DNA of 64,000 bases from Candidatus Bruticola sp. (GCA_051874735.1 JBJEGD010000003.1:11165-75164), one strand, 5' to 3'. Numbered from the stretch's first letter, positions 40,996-51,268 are shown. Program-made: numbers and translations. The notes: generated from the sequence alone by a model not told the origin.

Positions 40996-42363
40996 CTAAC
41001 AAGAACAGCACTCTGACACAACCTGACAAACGCTGTCCACTAATCCTTTCAATTCAGGCAAAGAAGGCCCTTCGGCCATAACTCTAATTAAATTTTCTGT
41101 ACCGGAAGGACGTATTAACAAGCGTCCCTTACCCTGAAGCGCATCTTCCACGCTCTTGACCGCTTCCAAAACGCGCTCATGCTGATTCCAAGTATGTTTA
41201 TCTTTAACTTTTACATTAACCATGTATTGCGGTTTTTTAACTACAGCTTCAGCTAATTTAGATAAAGGCTGAGCGGCGTCCTTTATAATCTGGCTAAGCA
41301 TAACACCAGTCACCAAACCGTCACCCGTAGTAGCATAATCTAAAAATATAATGTGACCAGACTGTTCTCCACCTAACACAGATCCAGTACGGCGCATCTC
41401 TTCAAGAACGTAGCGATCACCAACGGCAGTTCTCGTCATTTCAAAGCCATTTTCCCGGCAAGCTTCTTCCAAGCCAAGATTAGCCATAACCGTAGTAACC
41501 AAACGTTTCCCGGGCAGATGGCCGCTCCGCTCTAACCATTTAGCGAATAAAAGAAGCATATGATCGCCATCAATCATTTGACCTAATTCATCGCAAGCTA
41601 AACATCTGTCGGCATCACCATCGAAACAGAGACCGAAATCAGCTTCTAAATCGACTACTACCTTCTGCATAGATTCAGGGTGCGTAGAACCGCACTGATT
41701 GTTAATATTGGTACCGTTGGGGTACCGATGAAGTACAGTTACTTCAGCCCCTAAATTGCGGAAAATACCTTCAGCTAAAGCGGAAGACGCACCGTTGGCG
41801 CAATCTAACACGATCTTTAAGCCATCTAAACGCAGTTTAGCCAAACTCTCAATGTAGCGAGCATACTCCCGCTGAGCCTCTTGACCGCTGATAATGGCGC
41901 CTATATTGGCCTCAACAGCCCTGGGCAGCTCATCACTTTTACCAATAAGATCCTCAAGTTCATCTTCCTGTTCATCGCTAAGTTTATAACCATCAGCTCC
42001 TATCAACTTTAGACCATTATCGTAAAAAGGATTGTGACTAGCCGAAACCACACAACCGCCCTGAGTATTGTAGCGCCTAATCGCCCAAGCGACACCAGGA
42101 GTAGGAATAATATCTAAACACAAAGCATTTACGCCAGAGCTAATCAGTCCACAGACATAACTATTTTGCAGCAGCTGACCGCTAACGCGCGTATCCCGCC
42201 CCACCGCAATGACAGGCCTTCTGCAAGTTTCAGCAGAACTACTGCTTTGAAACTGTTCCTTTACTAAATATCCATGAGCTCGCCCTACTTTGAAAGCTAA
42301 CTCCGGAGTAAGAGTGTCATTTGCTCGACCACGAATTCCATCAGTGCCAAATAAACGCGCCAT
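40996..42363 (-). CDS. glmM: Phosphoglucosamine mutase
   Basis: LFGTDGIRG, SASHNP, FDGDADR, GGEQSGH, RPSGTE. Confidence 0.97.
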   Translation of the reverse strand: MARLFGTDGIRGRANDTLTPELAFKVGRAHGYLVKEQFQSSSSAETCRRPVIAVGRDTRVSGQLLQNSYVCGLISSGVNALCLDIIPTPGVAWAIRRYNTQGGCVVSASHNPFYDNGLKLIGADGYKLSDEQEDELEDLIGKSDELPRAVEANIGAIISGQEAQREYARYIESLAKLRLDGLKIVLDCANGASSALAEGIFRNLGAEVTVLHRYPNGTNINNQCGSTHPESMQKVVVDLEADFGLCFDGDADRCLACDELGQMIDGDHMLLLFAKWLERSGHLPGKRLVTTVMANLGLEEACRENGFEMTRTAVGDRYVLEEMRRTGSVLGGEQSGHIIFLDYATTGDGLVTGVMLSQIIKDAAQPLSKLAEAVVKKPQYMVNVKVKDKHTWNQHERVLEAVKSVEDALQGKGRLLIRPSGTENLIRVMAEGPSLPELKGLVDSVCQVVSECCSC

Positions 42364-42585
42364 AACTAAACTTATCTCTCACATTTCTATACAAACGGAT
42401 CGATCTAAGAGATACCGCCGACAAAAAAATTTTAAGCTCGCGCCTTCAATATTCGCTTATATTATCCCTGCCCAATATGAACTGCGGATCAACAGTATGC
42501 TTAACAGACATTGCGCATAAGTTCTTTCCCCTCACCCCTCAGTCAGCGCCGCTGTCAGTCCAAAAGTGCAGACAAAAACAATGCT

Positions 42586-43548
42586 TCAACTTTTTCCGTC
42601 GGTAGCTTCCTGAACGGCCAACGGCTCCACAGTCACTGTAACCTGATTTTGGGGCACACCGTACGCTCTGTATTTACTAGGTATGAGCAGTTTTACTTTC
42701 CGACTTACAGATTTACCTGCGTACTTCAAAACGCATTTTTCTACTTCTAAGCTATCTAAAGAAGCGTTTTCAATGTCGTCACCGCTAAGATAAACCTCTT
42801 CAGGAATTACATTGACTTGGTACACCTCTCCGCTGCTACTCTCAACCTGGATATTATTTAAACTTACCTGAACTTTGCGAACGGGATAAGCAGGTATAGT
42901 AACAAAAACGCTGTTTGTGTAAATTTCTACGTTGTCAACCTTCTTGCCATTGACGTCGACGGCAGTGAGCGTGACCGCTCTAGTACTAAAACTAGATTTG
43001 ATGCCAGAAATAGAGATAGGTACAGAGACAAAAGCTACCTTATCTACATCTTCCATACTGCCTACTATGCGCACCTTACTTGGCTCAACTATAGGATTTT
43101 CCAAACGACAACTGTCACTTGCTTTGCCTATAAGACCTATTTTAACGGGTACGCTGGCAAAAGTACGCTCAGAAACGGCAGCCCATACGTGGCTGGGCTC
43201 TACTTGGGAAATCTCGGCTCCTCCAGGAGCCATAGCATCGACAGCTTCTAAACTAGTTCCAGGTTTAGTTCTCTTACTTAAATCGACTACTACGGAAATG
43301 AGCTTAGGATCGATACGATCAATTACATTTTTAGTTCCGCTAATAGTCACGGTCACTTCTTTGGGATTAATCGAGCTAATTAAATCGTTATTATTAGGGG
43401 TAAGAATATCTATAGGTTTAGTGTAAACGCGCTGAGCTGGCAGTTCGCTAATAGGTTTCGCTAGAGTTTTTACTAACACGGCTGTAACTACAGCCATGAA
43501 AAAGGCCAGCATTTTTAAACCGAAATTACTGCGCAGACGGGCAAACAT
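42586..43548 (-). CDS. cdaR: CdaR/YbbR-domain regulator of diadenylate cyclase
   Basis: TM then YbbR-like repeats (P.EVTVTISG, VEPSKVRIVG); position between cdaA and glmM. Confidence 0.88.
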   Translation of the reverse strand: MFARLRSNFGLKMLAFFMAVVTAVLVKTLAKPISELPAQRVYTKPIDILTPNNNDLISSINPKEVTVTISGTKNVIDRIDPKLISVVVDLSKRTKPGTSLEAVDAMAPGGAEISQVEPSHVWAAVSERTFASVPVKIGLIGKASDSCRLENPIVEPSKVRIVGSMEDVDKVAFVSVPISISGIKSSFSTRAVTLTAVDVNGKKVDNVEIYTNSVFVTIPAYPVRKVQVSLNNIQVESSSGEVYQVNVIPEEVYLSGDDIENASLDSLEVEKCVLKYAGKSVSRKVKLLIPSKYRAYGVPQNQVTVTVEPLAVQEATDGKS

Positions 43549-44415
43549 CTACTCGTTTCCTCCGATCGCATCGCCAATAGTACGGAAAATATTGAAAGTA
43601 CCAAACCGGCGGCGTTTATCTTTATTCCATTCAGCCATAAGCTCTCTAGCCAAAGCCTTACGAACTTGCGCTTCTTCAACCATAGGCTGACTAAAAGTTC
43701 CGTCTTTGGCAATACGTATTTCTCCAGTTTCTTCAGAGACTACAACCACAATAGAATCACTCTGTTCAGTTATACCTATAGCGGCCCTATGCCTGGTGCC
43801 GAAGCGTGAATCTACTACAGAATCGGTAAGAGGTAAGTAACAGGCCGCCGCCAGCAGACAACCATCACGAATTACTACAGCTCCATCGTGTAAAGGTGTT
43901 TTGGGACGGAAAATAGTCTGCAGCAATTTAGCAGATATAAAACCGTTAACTATCTGGCCAGTTTCAACTACTTCCTGTAAACCGGTTTCCTGCTCTAAAA
44001 CGATCAGAGCTCCAAAACGCGTAGTTGAAAGATTGTAAGCAGCCAAAGCTATTTCATCAATTATGCGCTTTAATTCTTCCTGACCGACCTCACTTATGCC
44101 GTTAGACGCTATTAACCCTTGCTGCCCTAAACGGGTTAACGCCCGGCGCAGTTCAGGTTGAAAGACAACTGGCAAAGCCACCAAAGTAGAGACTAAAATA
44201 CCGTTAAGTATATAACTGAGCGTCTGTAGTCTGGCAAAATAAGCAATACCTTGCAGAATTAACAAAGCAGCAATGCCCTGAAGAATCTGCAAAGCTCTCG
44301 TCCCTTTTATAAGTAACAGAACGTAATAGAAAAAAACTGAAACCAGAATTACATCTATAAAATCCCAATAAGTTAAATCTCGAAGTAAAGCGTATACTCG
44401 TTCAAGCAAACTCAA
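43549..44415 (-). CDS. cdaA: Diadenylate cyclase CdaA
   Basis: Three TMs, FQPELRRAL, PLHDGA, GTRHRAA, VSEETG. Confidence 0.96.
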   Translation of the reverse strand: MSLLERVYALLRDLTYWDFIDVILVSVFFYYVLLLIKGTRALQILQGIAALLILQGIAYFARLQTLSYILNGILVSTLVALPVVFQPELRRALTRLGQQGLIASNGISEVGQEELKRIIDEIALAAYNLSTTRFGALIVLEQETGLQEVVETGQIVNGFISAKLLQTIFRPKTPLHDGAVVIRDGCLLAAACYLPLTDSVVDSRFGTRHRAAIGITEQSDSIVVVVSEETGEIRIAKDGTFSQPMVEEAQVRKALARELMAEWNKDKRRRFGTFNIFRTIGDAIGGNE

Positions 44416-44507
44416 CCTGCCCCAAGAAGGAAAAGAATAGAAAGCAGTCCTATTTTCACCCGTCTGTACTGAAAACAGTCTCCGAAGCTATTATTCAGAC
44501 ACATCTT

Positions 44508-45116
44508 TCATTTTGATGATAAATACGGCAATAAACGGCGTATGCACAACCCAGCAGCGCCACAGCTAATCAGACATTTTATAAAATTAAAGGGGAGAGC
44601 TGCTCCAATTAAGTAGGTACCTACAGACATTGTCATAATATCGGTAAAAAATTTCTGTAGTATCAAATAAATCAGAAAATTGACCGGTATCATGACTATT
44701 GTAGTAATAACCGTTCCCAACAGCATAGCCGTGCACAAGCGCTTATAAGAAAAATCTTCACCGCGAGATAAATTATAGAACTTAGCCGAAGTGCAGACAA
44801 TAAGCAGACCGGTGATCAGGTTAGCCGGCACCCCTATAAGCTGCAGAGGGTTAAAATGCAAAATCATAAAAATAAAGCATTTGATCAGCTCTACCGCTGC
44901 TCCAGCTGCAGGTCCCAAAGAGAAAGCAGCCACTAAAGCCGGAACTTCCGAAAAATCGTAAGTTAGAAAAGGCGCCATGGGCAAAATCGGCAATCTGACA
45001 GTAAGCATAAGCATGAGTGCTAAAGCTGACAGTGTGGAAATTTTCAACCAATCGGCCAAACTAAACAAAGCAGAATGGCTGCGTTCAGAGGAAGTAGGCA
45101 TTTTATTGGCCGCCAT
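44508..45116 (-). CDS. ECF transporter S component (RibU-like)
   Basis: FLTYDFSEVPAL, GPAAG, LPFNFIK. Confidence 0.85.
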   Translation of the reverse strand: MAANKMPTSSERSHSALFSLADWLKISTLSALALMLMLTVRLPILPMAPFLTYDFSEVPALVAAFSLGPAAGAAVELIKCFIFMILHFNPLQLIGVPANLITGLLIVCTSAKFYNLSRGEDFSYKRLCTAMLLGTVITTIVMIPVNFLIYLILQKFFTDIMTMSVGTYLIGAALPFNFIKCLISCGAAGLCIRRLLPYLSSK

Positions 45117-45462
45117 GATTTTGTTGAGAATTCTCTTCAGTCGACGTCATAGATAAGTCGATCCAACGCAGATAGTCTTCGCTACTAGCTCCTAAAGGTA
45201 AAGAAACTATTTCGGGGATATCATAAGAGTGAAGTTGTTTTATAGTTGCAATTAAACTTTTTAGTTTATCTTCCCTAGTTTTCATGAGCATGAGAGTCTC
45301 ACAACATTCTTCAATTTTACCTTCCCACCAGTATATAGAGGAAATTTTAGGAACCAAATTAACACAAGCTGCCAAACGACTTTCTAAAACACGGAGAGCT
45401 ATTGATTTAGCTTCATAGGCCGACGACACAGTGACCAAAACCACATAATAAGCTGAGTCCAT
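45103..45462 (-). CDS. cutA: Divalent-cation tolerance protein CutA
   Basis: LAACVN, SIYWWEG, HSYDIPEI. Confidence 0.94.
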   Translation of the reverse strand: MDSAYYVVLVTVSSAYEAKSIALRVLESRLAACVNLVPKISSIYWWEGKIEECCETLMLMKTREDKLKSLIATIKQLHSYDIPEIVSLPLGASSEDYLRWIDLSMTSTEENSQQNHGGQ

Positions 45463-45519
45463 TAATTTTTCTCCAGAATTTAGTTTTCAGAGGCTGCCCC
45501 AACCAACAAAAATTTATTT

Positions 45520-46161
45520 TCAGCGGCTGCGGCCGCGCTTTAGTTTTTTTCCTGCTCTCTTTTCTGACAAATGTCCAGGCAGATCGGTAACATCGGCTAT
45601 AACAATAACTGACGACAGCTTGTAATATTTAGATGATTCATAAGTCCAAAGGTTTCCCTTGGTGTGAAAGGCATAGCCAAATTCTAAAAGATTGTACTGT
45701 TCATCAACTATTAAAATACCGACCTGACAAACCTTAACAGTATCAAAAGCGGTGACCTCTATTCTATCACCGCGGCATCCGTTATATTTACTTAAATTTA
45801 TGCGACTAATTTCTGGGGGAGTAAAAAAATCGCGAGCCGCTAGTTCCAAAGGAGTCATGCCCAACTTCTGAGCGGCGTTGATATATTCGGGACGGAATTG
45901 AGCCTTTTCAGCATAAGCCAGGGCGTCTTGAAAACATCCCCAACACATGTTGTCGGCCTCCCAACTCTCTCCGTTAGGATGAATAAGGCGATGAACTTTG
46001 TCGGAAGAGACTTCTAGAGGTAAAAAACGCTCCTCAGAACCATCTTCTATGTATTCGGCAGATAATTTACTTGAGGCCTCCCCCCTTTCCGCACCAGAAA
46101 CCGGAGGGATACCATTTTTATTATTTTCACTATTCAAACTGTTAAAGCAGTCGGCTGACAA
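45520..46161 (-). CDS. Hypothetical protein with C-terminal Ig-like beta domain
   Basis: DFFTPPEI...GDRIEVTAFD...WTY...DLPGH. Confidence 0.6.
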   Translation of the reverse strand: MSADCFNSLNSENNKNGIPPVSGAERGEASSKLSAEYIEDGSEERFLPLEVSSDKVHRLIHPNGESWEADNMCWGCFQDALAYAEKAQFRPEYINAAQKLGMTPLELAARDFFTPPEISRINLSKYNGCRGDRIEVTAFDTVKVCQVGILIVDEQYNLLEFGYAFHTKGNLWTYESSKYYKLSSVIVIADVTDLPGHLSEKRAGKKLKRGRSR

Positions 46162-46430
46162 TTTGACCGTACCTCTTATAAGAAAAATATCAAATTTTAT
46201 GCGTTGTTACAGCCTAAGTTCCCAAAGCAGCGACAATAGGACGACCTTAGAATCTGTGGATTACAACTCTCCGACCCCTACGGCTGAGAATTACCTTTCA
46301 CATAAAAAAAAGTTGCTCCTGCTAGAAACTTTAAGCGATCGTAACCTTATCTATCAAAAAAAATTAAAAAAAATTTTTTTTCTAGTTTCAGAGGAAGGAT
46401 TTATATACAGACAATAGAATAATCTATTCA

Positions 46431-46525
46431 CCAGGCAGGGGAGTCGGTGTTCTCCGGCTGAGATGGCAGCGTAAGCTGTCTACCCTTAGAACCTGATCCA
46501 GGTAATGCTGGCGAAGGGAGCTTGG
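46431..46525 (+). ncRNA. TPP riboswitch aptamer (thi-box)
   Basis: GGGG...GGCTGAGA...ACCC.TAGAACCTGATCCAGGTAATGCTGGCGAAGGGA; P1 CCAGGC/GCTTGG. Confidence 0.93.
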
Positions 46526-46602
46526 TTTTTTTCTTTTATGTGCGTTTTCAACTACTACAAAAGTAGTGACGAATAATTAAATTATTTCTGTGTGGGAGAA
46601 TT

Positions 46603-47046
46603 ATGGCAGATAGTCCTGTTAACGGCCAGAGCGGTTCGACAAATGGCAACGAAGACGTATTCGCCCAGCTGCGCAGACTCGCTGAAATAAGTCATCAGAT
46701 TGAACAGCACGCGCGCATGCAGGCTTCGGCTTACAATTTTGTCCAAGCCGGAGAGATTAAACGCCGCATCGATGAGCTAACGGAAAATCAGAATAGACTG
46801 ATTATGGATATTGTGGGTCGTCACCCTAACTCAGAAGTGCGTGATAGATTTGTCAAGCTAGCCCATAAGATAGACGACTACCGCCCCCAAATAAAATCCT
46901 GCGAAGATCCTGAAGAGCTAAAAAAGCTGCGTAAAGAAATTGACGAGGCTGTCGACGACTGGATTTATCAGTTCCAGACTATTGTGTCCGAAATTGTGGG
47001 AGTAAAGCCTCCAGATCAGCCCATTCAGGGGGAAAGTCCTTTTTAA
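46603..47046 (+). CDS. Unknown all-helical soluble protein downstream of the TPP riboswitch
   Basis: 147-aa ORF with GGGAG RBS. Confidence 0.8.
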   Translation: MADSPVNGQSGSTNGNEDVFAQLRRLAEISHQIEQHARMQASAYNFVQAGEIKRRIDELTENQNRLIMDIVGRHPNSEVRDRFVKLAHKIDDYRPQIKSCEDPEELKKLRKEIDEAVDDWIYQFQTIVSEIVGVKPPDQPIQGESPF

Positions 47047-47099
47047 GTTTTTAGATTAACTGCTGTACACATTCGTATTACCCGTACAATTAAGCAAGG

Positions 47100-47138
47100 A
47101 AAGCTCCGCTTCTCGATTGGAAAAGTAAGGAGCTTTTT
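47100..47138 (+). terminator. Intrinsic terminator
   Basis: AAAGCTCC...GGAGCTTTTT. Confidence 0.7.
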
Positions 47139-47356
47139 ATATTTTAAAGATAATTGACAACTATGATAAACAGATGAGTCTACCGTCAATTAAAAATAAA
47201 CTTAAATGCCTAATTTTCTTTATCAAAAATGAGAAAATTCGATAATATTTTTTATGGAACAGAAAGTTTTTAGCCTTAAGAATGGAAATAAATCCAGATC
47301 GTTTTTGATACAAAAAAACTGTCAAAGTTCAGCAGCTAAGCGATGAAAGGTTTACC

Positions 47357-50095
47357 ATGGATCCTATTTCTGAATCACATAGCAAGAAAAAAACTTCAGC
47401 CTCAGGAGCGATCGATTTTCACATTTACGAACAGCTCCGCAGCGAAATTCAACACCTTAAACAAGAACTTATTTCCGCTTCTGAACAAAATGTTGATTTG
47501 GCCATACAATTGGGGCAGATCGATGAATTGAATGCTACAGTTGCTGAAAGAAACAGCAAGATCGCCTTACTAATCGAAGAAGTGGCTACTCTGCGCAACA
47601 ATATAAACAATCTACAAGAAAGTTTAAATAACGAAACTGAACAGGTAAAAAAGTCGAACCAGCGCATTACTGAACTATTGGCTTTAGAAAAAGAACTCAA
47701 AGAAAACCTTAAGCAATCGCAAGCAGAGTGTTTTAAACTTAAGTCGCAAATTGCAGAGAATCAAGCTTCTATTGCTAATCTGCAAAGTCTGCTAGCTGCC
47801 GCCCAAGCTTCCAACGCACGTCATATGGAGGCTTTGGAGTCTTTGGAAGCCTATATAAGTAAGCCCAAAGAAAATGACCAAGCGACAACTCCTCCCATGC
47901 TGCGTTTAAAGAATGCCCTGCAAGAAGTGCTTGGTACAGCCGGCCAAGTTATTTTCAGCCGTACTTGCCGCACTCTCAATATAAATGAAGCTAACTTATC
48001 CGATTGTTCAGAAGATACTCTCCACAAAGCTGCAGCCTCTATAATAGCTCCTTCCCTACGTTTATGCCGCAAGGAAGAAACGGTTCAAACTTTCAAAGGG
48101 CGTATTAGAGCTATTTGTGCAAAAAATGGTCAGCTCAGCAGCGATCTACAAAACATGTTAGATAACCCAGGCAAGAGTTCTGTTAAATTATCGACGTCGC
48201 CCACAGTCTCTTTGCCATCAACATCAGTTCAAATACCAGCTTCAGCCACCACAAAAGAAGAATTAACTGCCCCCGCTTCGGAATCGGTACCGGAGATAGC
48301 CTCTACCGCCAGCAGCCATCAGGAAGAAACTCAAAATGAGAAGCATCCAGCCGAAGATGAAGTCCAGCAAGATATAGGCCTTTTCGTTCCTTATGCTTAC
48401 AATACCGTCAGCGATGAAGATGAAGAAACAACAGAAGCTGAAGACGATCGCGAAAACGAAGTGGAACTGACAGCCCAAGAAGAAGCTACTGAAGACCAAG
48501 ACGATCGTGAAAAAGAAGCGGAACTGACAGTCCAAGAAGAAGCTACTGAAAACCAAAACGATCGCGAAAAAGAAGCGGAACTGGCAAGCCAAGAAGAAGC
48601 TACTGAAGACCAAAATGATCGCGAAAAAGAAGCGGAACTGGCAAGCCAAGAAGAAGCTACTGAAGACCAAAACGATCGCGAAAACGAAGCGGAACTGGCA
48701 AGCCAAGAAGAAGCTACTGAAGACCAAGACGATCGTGAAAACGAAGCGGAACTGACAGTCCAAGAAGAAGCCACTGAAGACCAAAACGATCGCGAAAACG
48801 AAGCGGAACTGACAGCCCAAGAAGAAGCCACTGAAGACCAAAACGATCGTGAAAACGAAGCGAAACTGACAGCCCAAGAAGAAGCTACTGAAGACCAAGA
48901 CGATCGCGAAAACGAAGCGGAACTGACAGCCCAAGAAGAAGCTACTGAAGACCAAGACGATCGCGAAAACGAAGCGGAACTGACAGCCCAAGAAGAAAGC
49001 CGCGAAGGGGAAACTTTAGTTCAAACTACTGAAGTACCTAATAGAACTTTGTCTAACAAAATGTCCCGTGAATTCAATGAATCTTTTATTGCTGTTCTTG
49101 ACGGCACTCAGACTAAGTTCCAAGATCATGTTGTCGATTTAATTTATAAAATGACTTGGAAACCTGAACAAATTTCCGAAAGAGAGCGTATCTGCGCTCG
49201 TCCTAAGCAGATCAACAAACTCTCACAGTCTATTATACGCTCTTCTTTAGATTTCGATCTTGACCAGATAATTGAATGGCTTAATTATTACGTATTGCCT
49301 AAGCGCACTGGAACTTATATTCCTGAAGCTAAGCTGGCCCAAATGAGCAACATACAAGTTCGTCAAGATAATGCGGTTCAAGATCTTCTCACGGTAACTG
49401 AAGCTTTAAACAAACGCATATTTAGAAAAGATCGCCTCAAAATTTTATTCTTTGACGGCCCCAACATGTATTTGAGCTGCACAAAATCTAAAGAGCCTCA
49501 CATTTATTACAACAATAAAATAGTTGAACTGTTTAATCAAGCTCAGCAGACCTTCTTTGCTGCTCGCGCCCTGTTTAGTTTGCAGCGCGGTTATTTTGAA
49601 ATACAGACCGCTTTAAACTCCCTGAGTGAACAGCCTGATTACGATCCCGTATCTTTTGGTTCAACCTTGCTGAAGAGAGCTTTATCACTAGCCTCTGAAA
49701 AGAAAATCAGCATACCTAAAGACATTGCTGAAGAAGTCCAGAACGCTTGGAGCTTAGAATCTGAGCAAGAACTGCTCGATCTAACCGAGCGTTGTTGCAA
49801 AATCACTAAATTTGCTCAATTTAGTTATATAAAAGAACTACTGTCCGTAGAGCATCCGTTCCGACAGAGCATGAATATAGAAGGTGACGCTTTCACTCTG
49901 AAATTCTGCAATATATATGATGCTTCTTTAGTTATAGTTAAATTGCTCAGTGGTACTAAGCGCGCAGATCATCTGGCCCAAAAAGGTTTTGCCGAGCTTT
50001 TCTCCGATCGCCATCAACCTCAAACTTATTTGCAACAGCGCTTAAGCAATCTTTGGCTTAGTTACTACATAAACGGAGATGAATTTGCTTTCTAG
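47357..50095 (+). CDS. Large protein: coiled coil, acidic tandem-repeat linker, degenerate M48-like C-terminal domain
   Basis: 912-aa ORF; heptad-rich N-terminus; 19-aa repeats; FFAARALFSLQRGY in place of an HExxH helix. Confidence 0.8.
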   Translation: MDPISESHSKKKTSASGAIDFHIYEQLRSEIQHLKQELISASEQNVDLAIQLGQIDELNATVAERNSKIALLIEEVATLRNNINNLQESLNNETEQVKKSNQRITELLALEKELKENLKQSQAECFKLKSQIAENQASIANLQSLLAAAQASNARHMEALESLEAYISKPKENDQATTPPMLRLKNALQEVLGTAGQVIFSRTCRTLNINEANLSDCSEDTLHKAAASIIAPSLRLCRKEETVQTFKGRIRAICAKNGQLSSDLQNMLDNPGKSSVKLSTSPTVSLPSTSVQIPASATTKEELTAPASESVPEIASTASSHQEETQNEKHPAEDEVQQDIGLFVPYAYNTVSDEDEETTEAEDDRENEVELTAQEEATEDQDDREKEAELTVQEEATENQNDREKEAELASQEEATEDQNDREKEAELASQEEATEDQNDRENEAELASQEEATEDQDDRENEAELTVQEEATEDQNDRENEAELTAQEEATEDQNDRENEAKLTAQEEATEDQDDRENEAELTAQEEATEDQDDRENEAELTAQEESREGETLVQTTEVPNRTLSNKMSREFNESFIAVLDGTQTKFQDHVVDLIYKMTWKPEQISERERICARPKQINKLSQSIIRSSLDFDLDQIIEWLNYYVLPKRTGTYIPEAKLAQMSNIQVRQDNAVQDLLTVTEALNKRIFRKDRLKILFFDGPNMYLSCTKSKEPHIYYNNKIVELFNQAQQTFFAARALFSLQRGYFEIQTALNSLSEQPDYDPVSFGSTLLKRALSLASEKKISIPKDIAEEVQNAWSLESEQELLDLTERCCKITKFAQFSYIKELLSVEHPFRQSMNIEGDAFTLKFCNIYDASLVIVKLLSGTKRADHLAQKGFAELFSDRHQPQTYLQQRLSNLWLSYYINGDEFAF
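48419..48997 (+). repeat. 57-bp coding tandem repeat, about 10 copies
   Basis: Unit caagaagaagctactgaagaccaa(a/g)acgatcg(c/t)gaaaacgaagcggaactgacagcc, encoding QEEATEDQNDRENEAELTA. Confidence 0.97.
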
Positions 50096-50160
50096 AGTAG
50101 CAATATGAGGAGTTTGCCAAATTCAGATACTGATTACTTAAGATAAGACAAAACGTGAAG

Positions 50161-50190
50161 AGGCCCTCCCGAGCATACTCGAGCGGGCCT
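50161..50190. terminator. Hairpin between convergent genes
   Basis: AGGCCC..CGAG CATA CTCG..GGGCCT. Confidence 0.55.
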
Positions 50191-50214
50191 ATTTACATTA
50201 GTCACATTATATAG

Positions 50215-51138
50215 TTAACTGAAAAGCCAACTGCTTAAGTAACGCTCACCACAATCTGGCAACAAAGCGACAATACGCTTACCCTTAAATTCAGTACGCT
50301 TGCTGAGCTGTAAAGCAGCATAAAGAGCCGCTCCTGAGCTAATACCTATAAGCAGACCTTCCTGAGAGGCAGCCTGACGAGCTGTCTGACCAGCCTCTTC
50401 AGTAGTTATTTTAATCACTTCATCAATTAGTTCAGTTTTAAGTACATCGGGAATAAATCCGGCACCTATGCCCTGAATTTTATGGGGACCAGGCTTACCT
50501 CCGGAAAGTACTGGAGAATCGGCAGGCTCAACTGCAAAAATTTTAGTCTGAGAATTATATCCTTTTAAGACCTCGCCTACTCCAGTAATAGTGCCGCCCG
50601 TACCAACACCGGCCACAAAAGCGTCAACCATACCATCAGTATCATTCAAAATTTCTAAAGCGGTAGAATGCTTGTGAATTTCCGGATTTGCCTGATTGCA
50701 AAACTGCTGAGGCATAAAGGCATCTGGATTTTCTTTCATTAACTCCTCTGCCTTTTCAATGGCACCTTTCATACCTTTAGCCCCTTCAGTAAGTACTAAT
50801 TCGGCTCCGTAAGCAGCTAACAACTTCCGTCGCTCAATACTCATAATATCAGGCATTGTCAAAATAAGACGGTAGCCCTTAACAGCAGCAGCCAAAGCTA
50901 AACCTATGCCTGTGTTGCCGCTAGTAGGTTCCACAATAAGAGTACTAGGCTTAATTTTACCCTCACGCTCAGCAGCTTCAAGCATAGCCAAACCGACACG
51001 ATCTTTAACACTGCCGCCAGGATTGAAGTATTCGACTTTAACTAAAACTTCCGCTCCTCCTTGGTTAAGCTTATTAATACGCACCAAAGGTGTATTGCCT
51101 ATTTTCTCCAGAATGCTGCGGTAAATTTTTTCTTCCAT
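50215..51138 (-). CDS. cysK: Cysteine synthase A
   Basis: [30 protein letters not shown]. Confidence 0.97.
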   Translation of the reverse strand: MEEKIYRSILEKIGNTPLVRINKLNQGGAEVLVKVEYFNPGGSVKDRVGLAMLEAAEREGKIKPSTLIVEPTSGNTGIGLALAAAVKGYRLILTMPDIMSIERRKLLAAYGAELVLTEGAKGMKGAIEKAEELMKENPDAFMPQQFCNQANPEIHKHSTALEILNDTDGMVDAFVAGVGTGGTITGVGEVLKGYNSQTKIFAVEPADSPVLSGGKPGPHKIQGIGAGFIPDVLKTELIDEVIKITTEEAGQTARQAASQEGLLIGISSGAALYAALQLSKRTEFKGKRIVALLPDCGERYLSSWLFS

Positions 51139-51268
51139 AATTCGTACCCCTGAAAGATTTCATTTCAAACAGAGATAGTGTAATAAAAACTACTAATTTA
51201 GTCAAATTAATTTTAATGATAACATATCAGATAAAAACTTGTAAAATATGTATAATTTTACCTAAAAA

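Noticed and set aside
42932-43426. 164-aa antisense ORF, and similar overlapping ORFs (e.g. 25448-25867, 21331-21681, 61078-61470)
   Set aside because: They lie opposite well-supported genes and have no motifs or RBS.
44508-45520. FMN riboswitch upstream of the RibU-like S component
   Set aside because: The gene overlaps cutA and no RFN consensus is visible, so the substrate is left unassigned.
45998-46417. 139-aa ORF upstream of the riboswitch
   Set aside because: It overlaps the divergent gene and an AT-rich promoter region, and has no recognisable coding features.
48263-48991. Hydrophobic repetitive ORFs on the minus strand (242 aa and 144 aa)
   Set aside because: Shadows of the + strand acidic repeat.
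48419-48997. Possible CRISPR array
   Set aside because: Contiguous in-frame 57-bp units with no unique spacers, inside a CDS, and no cas genes.
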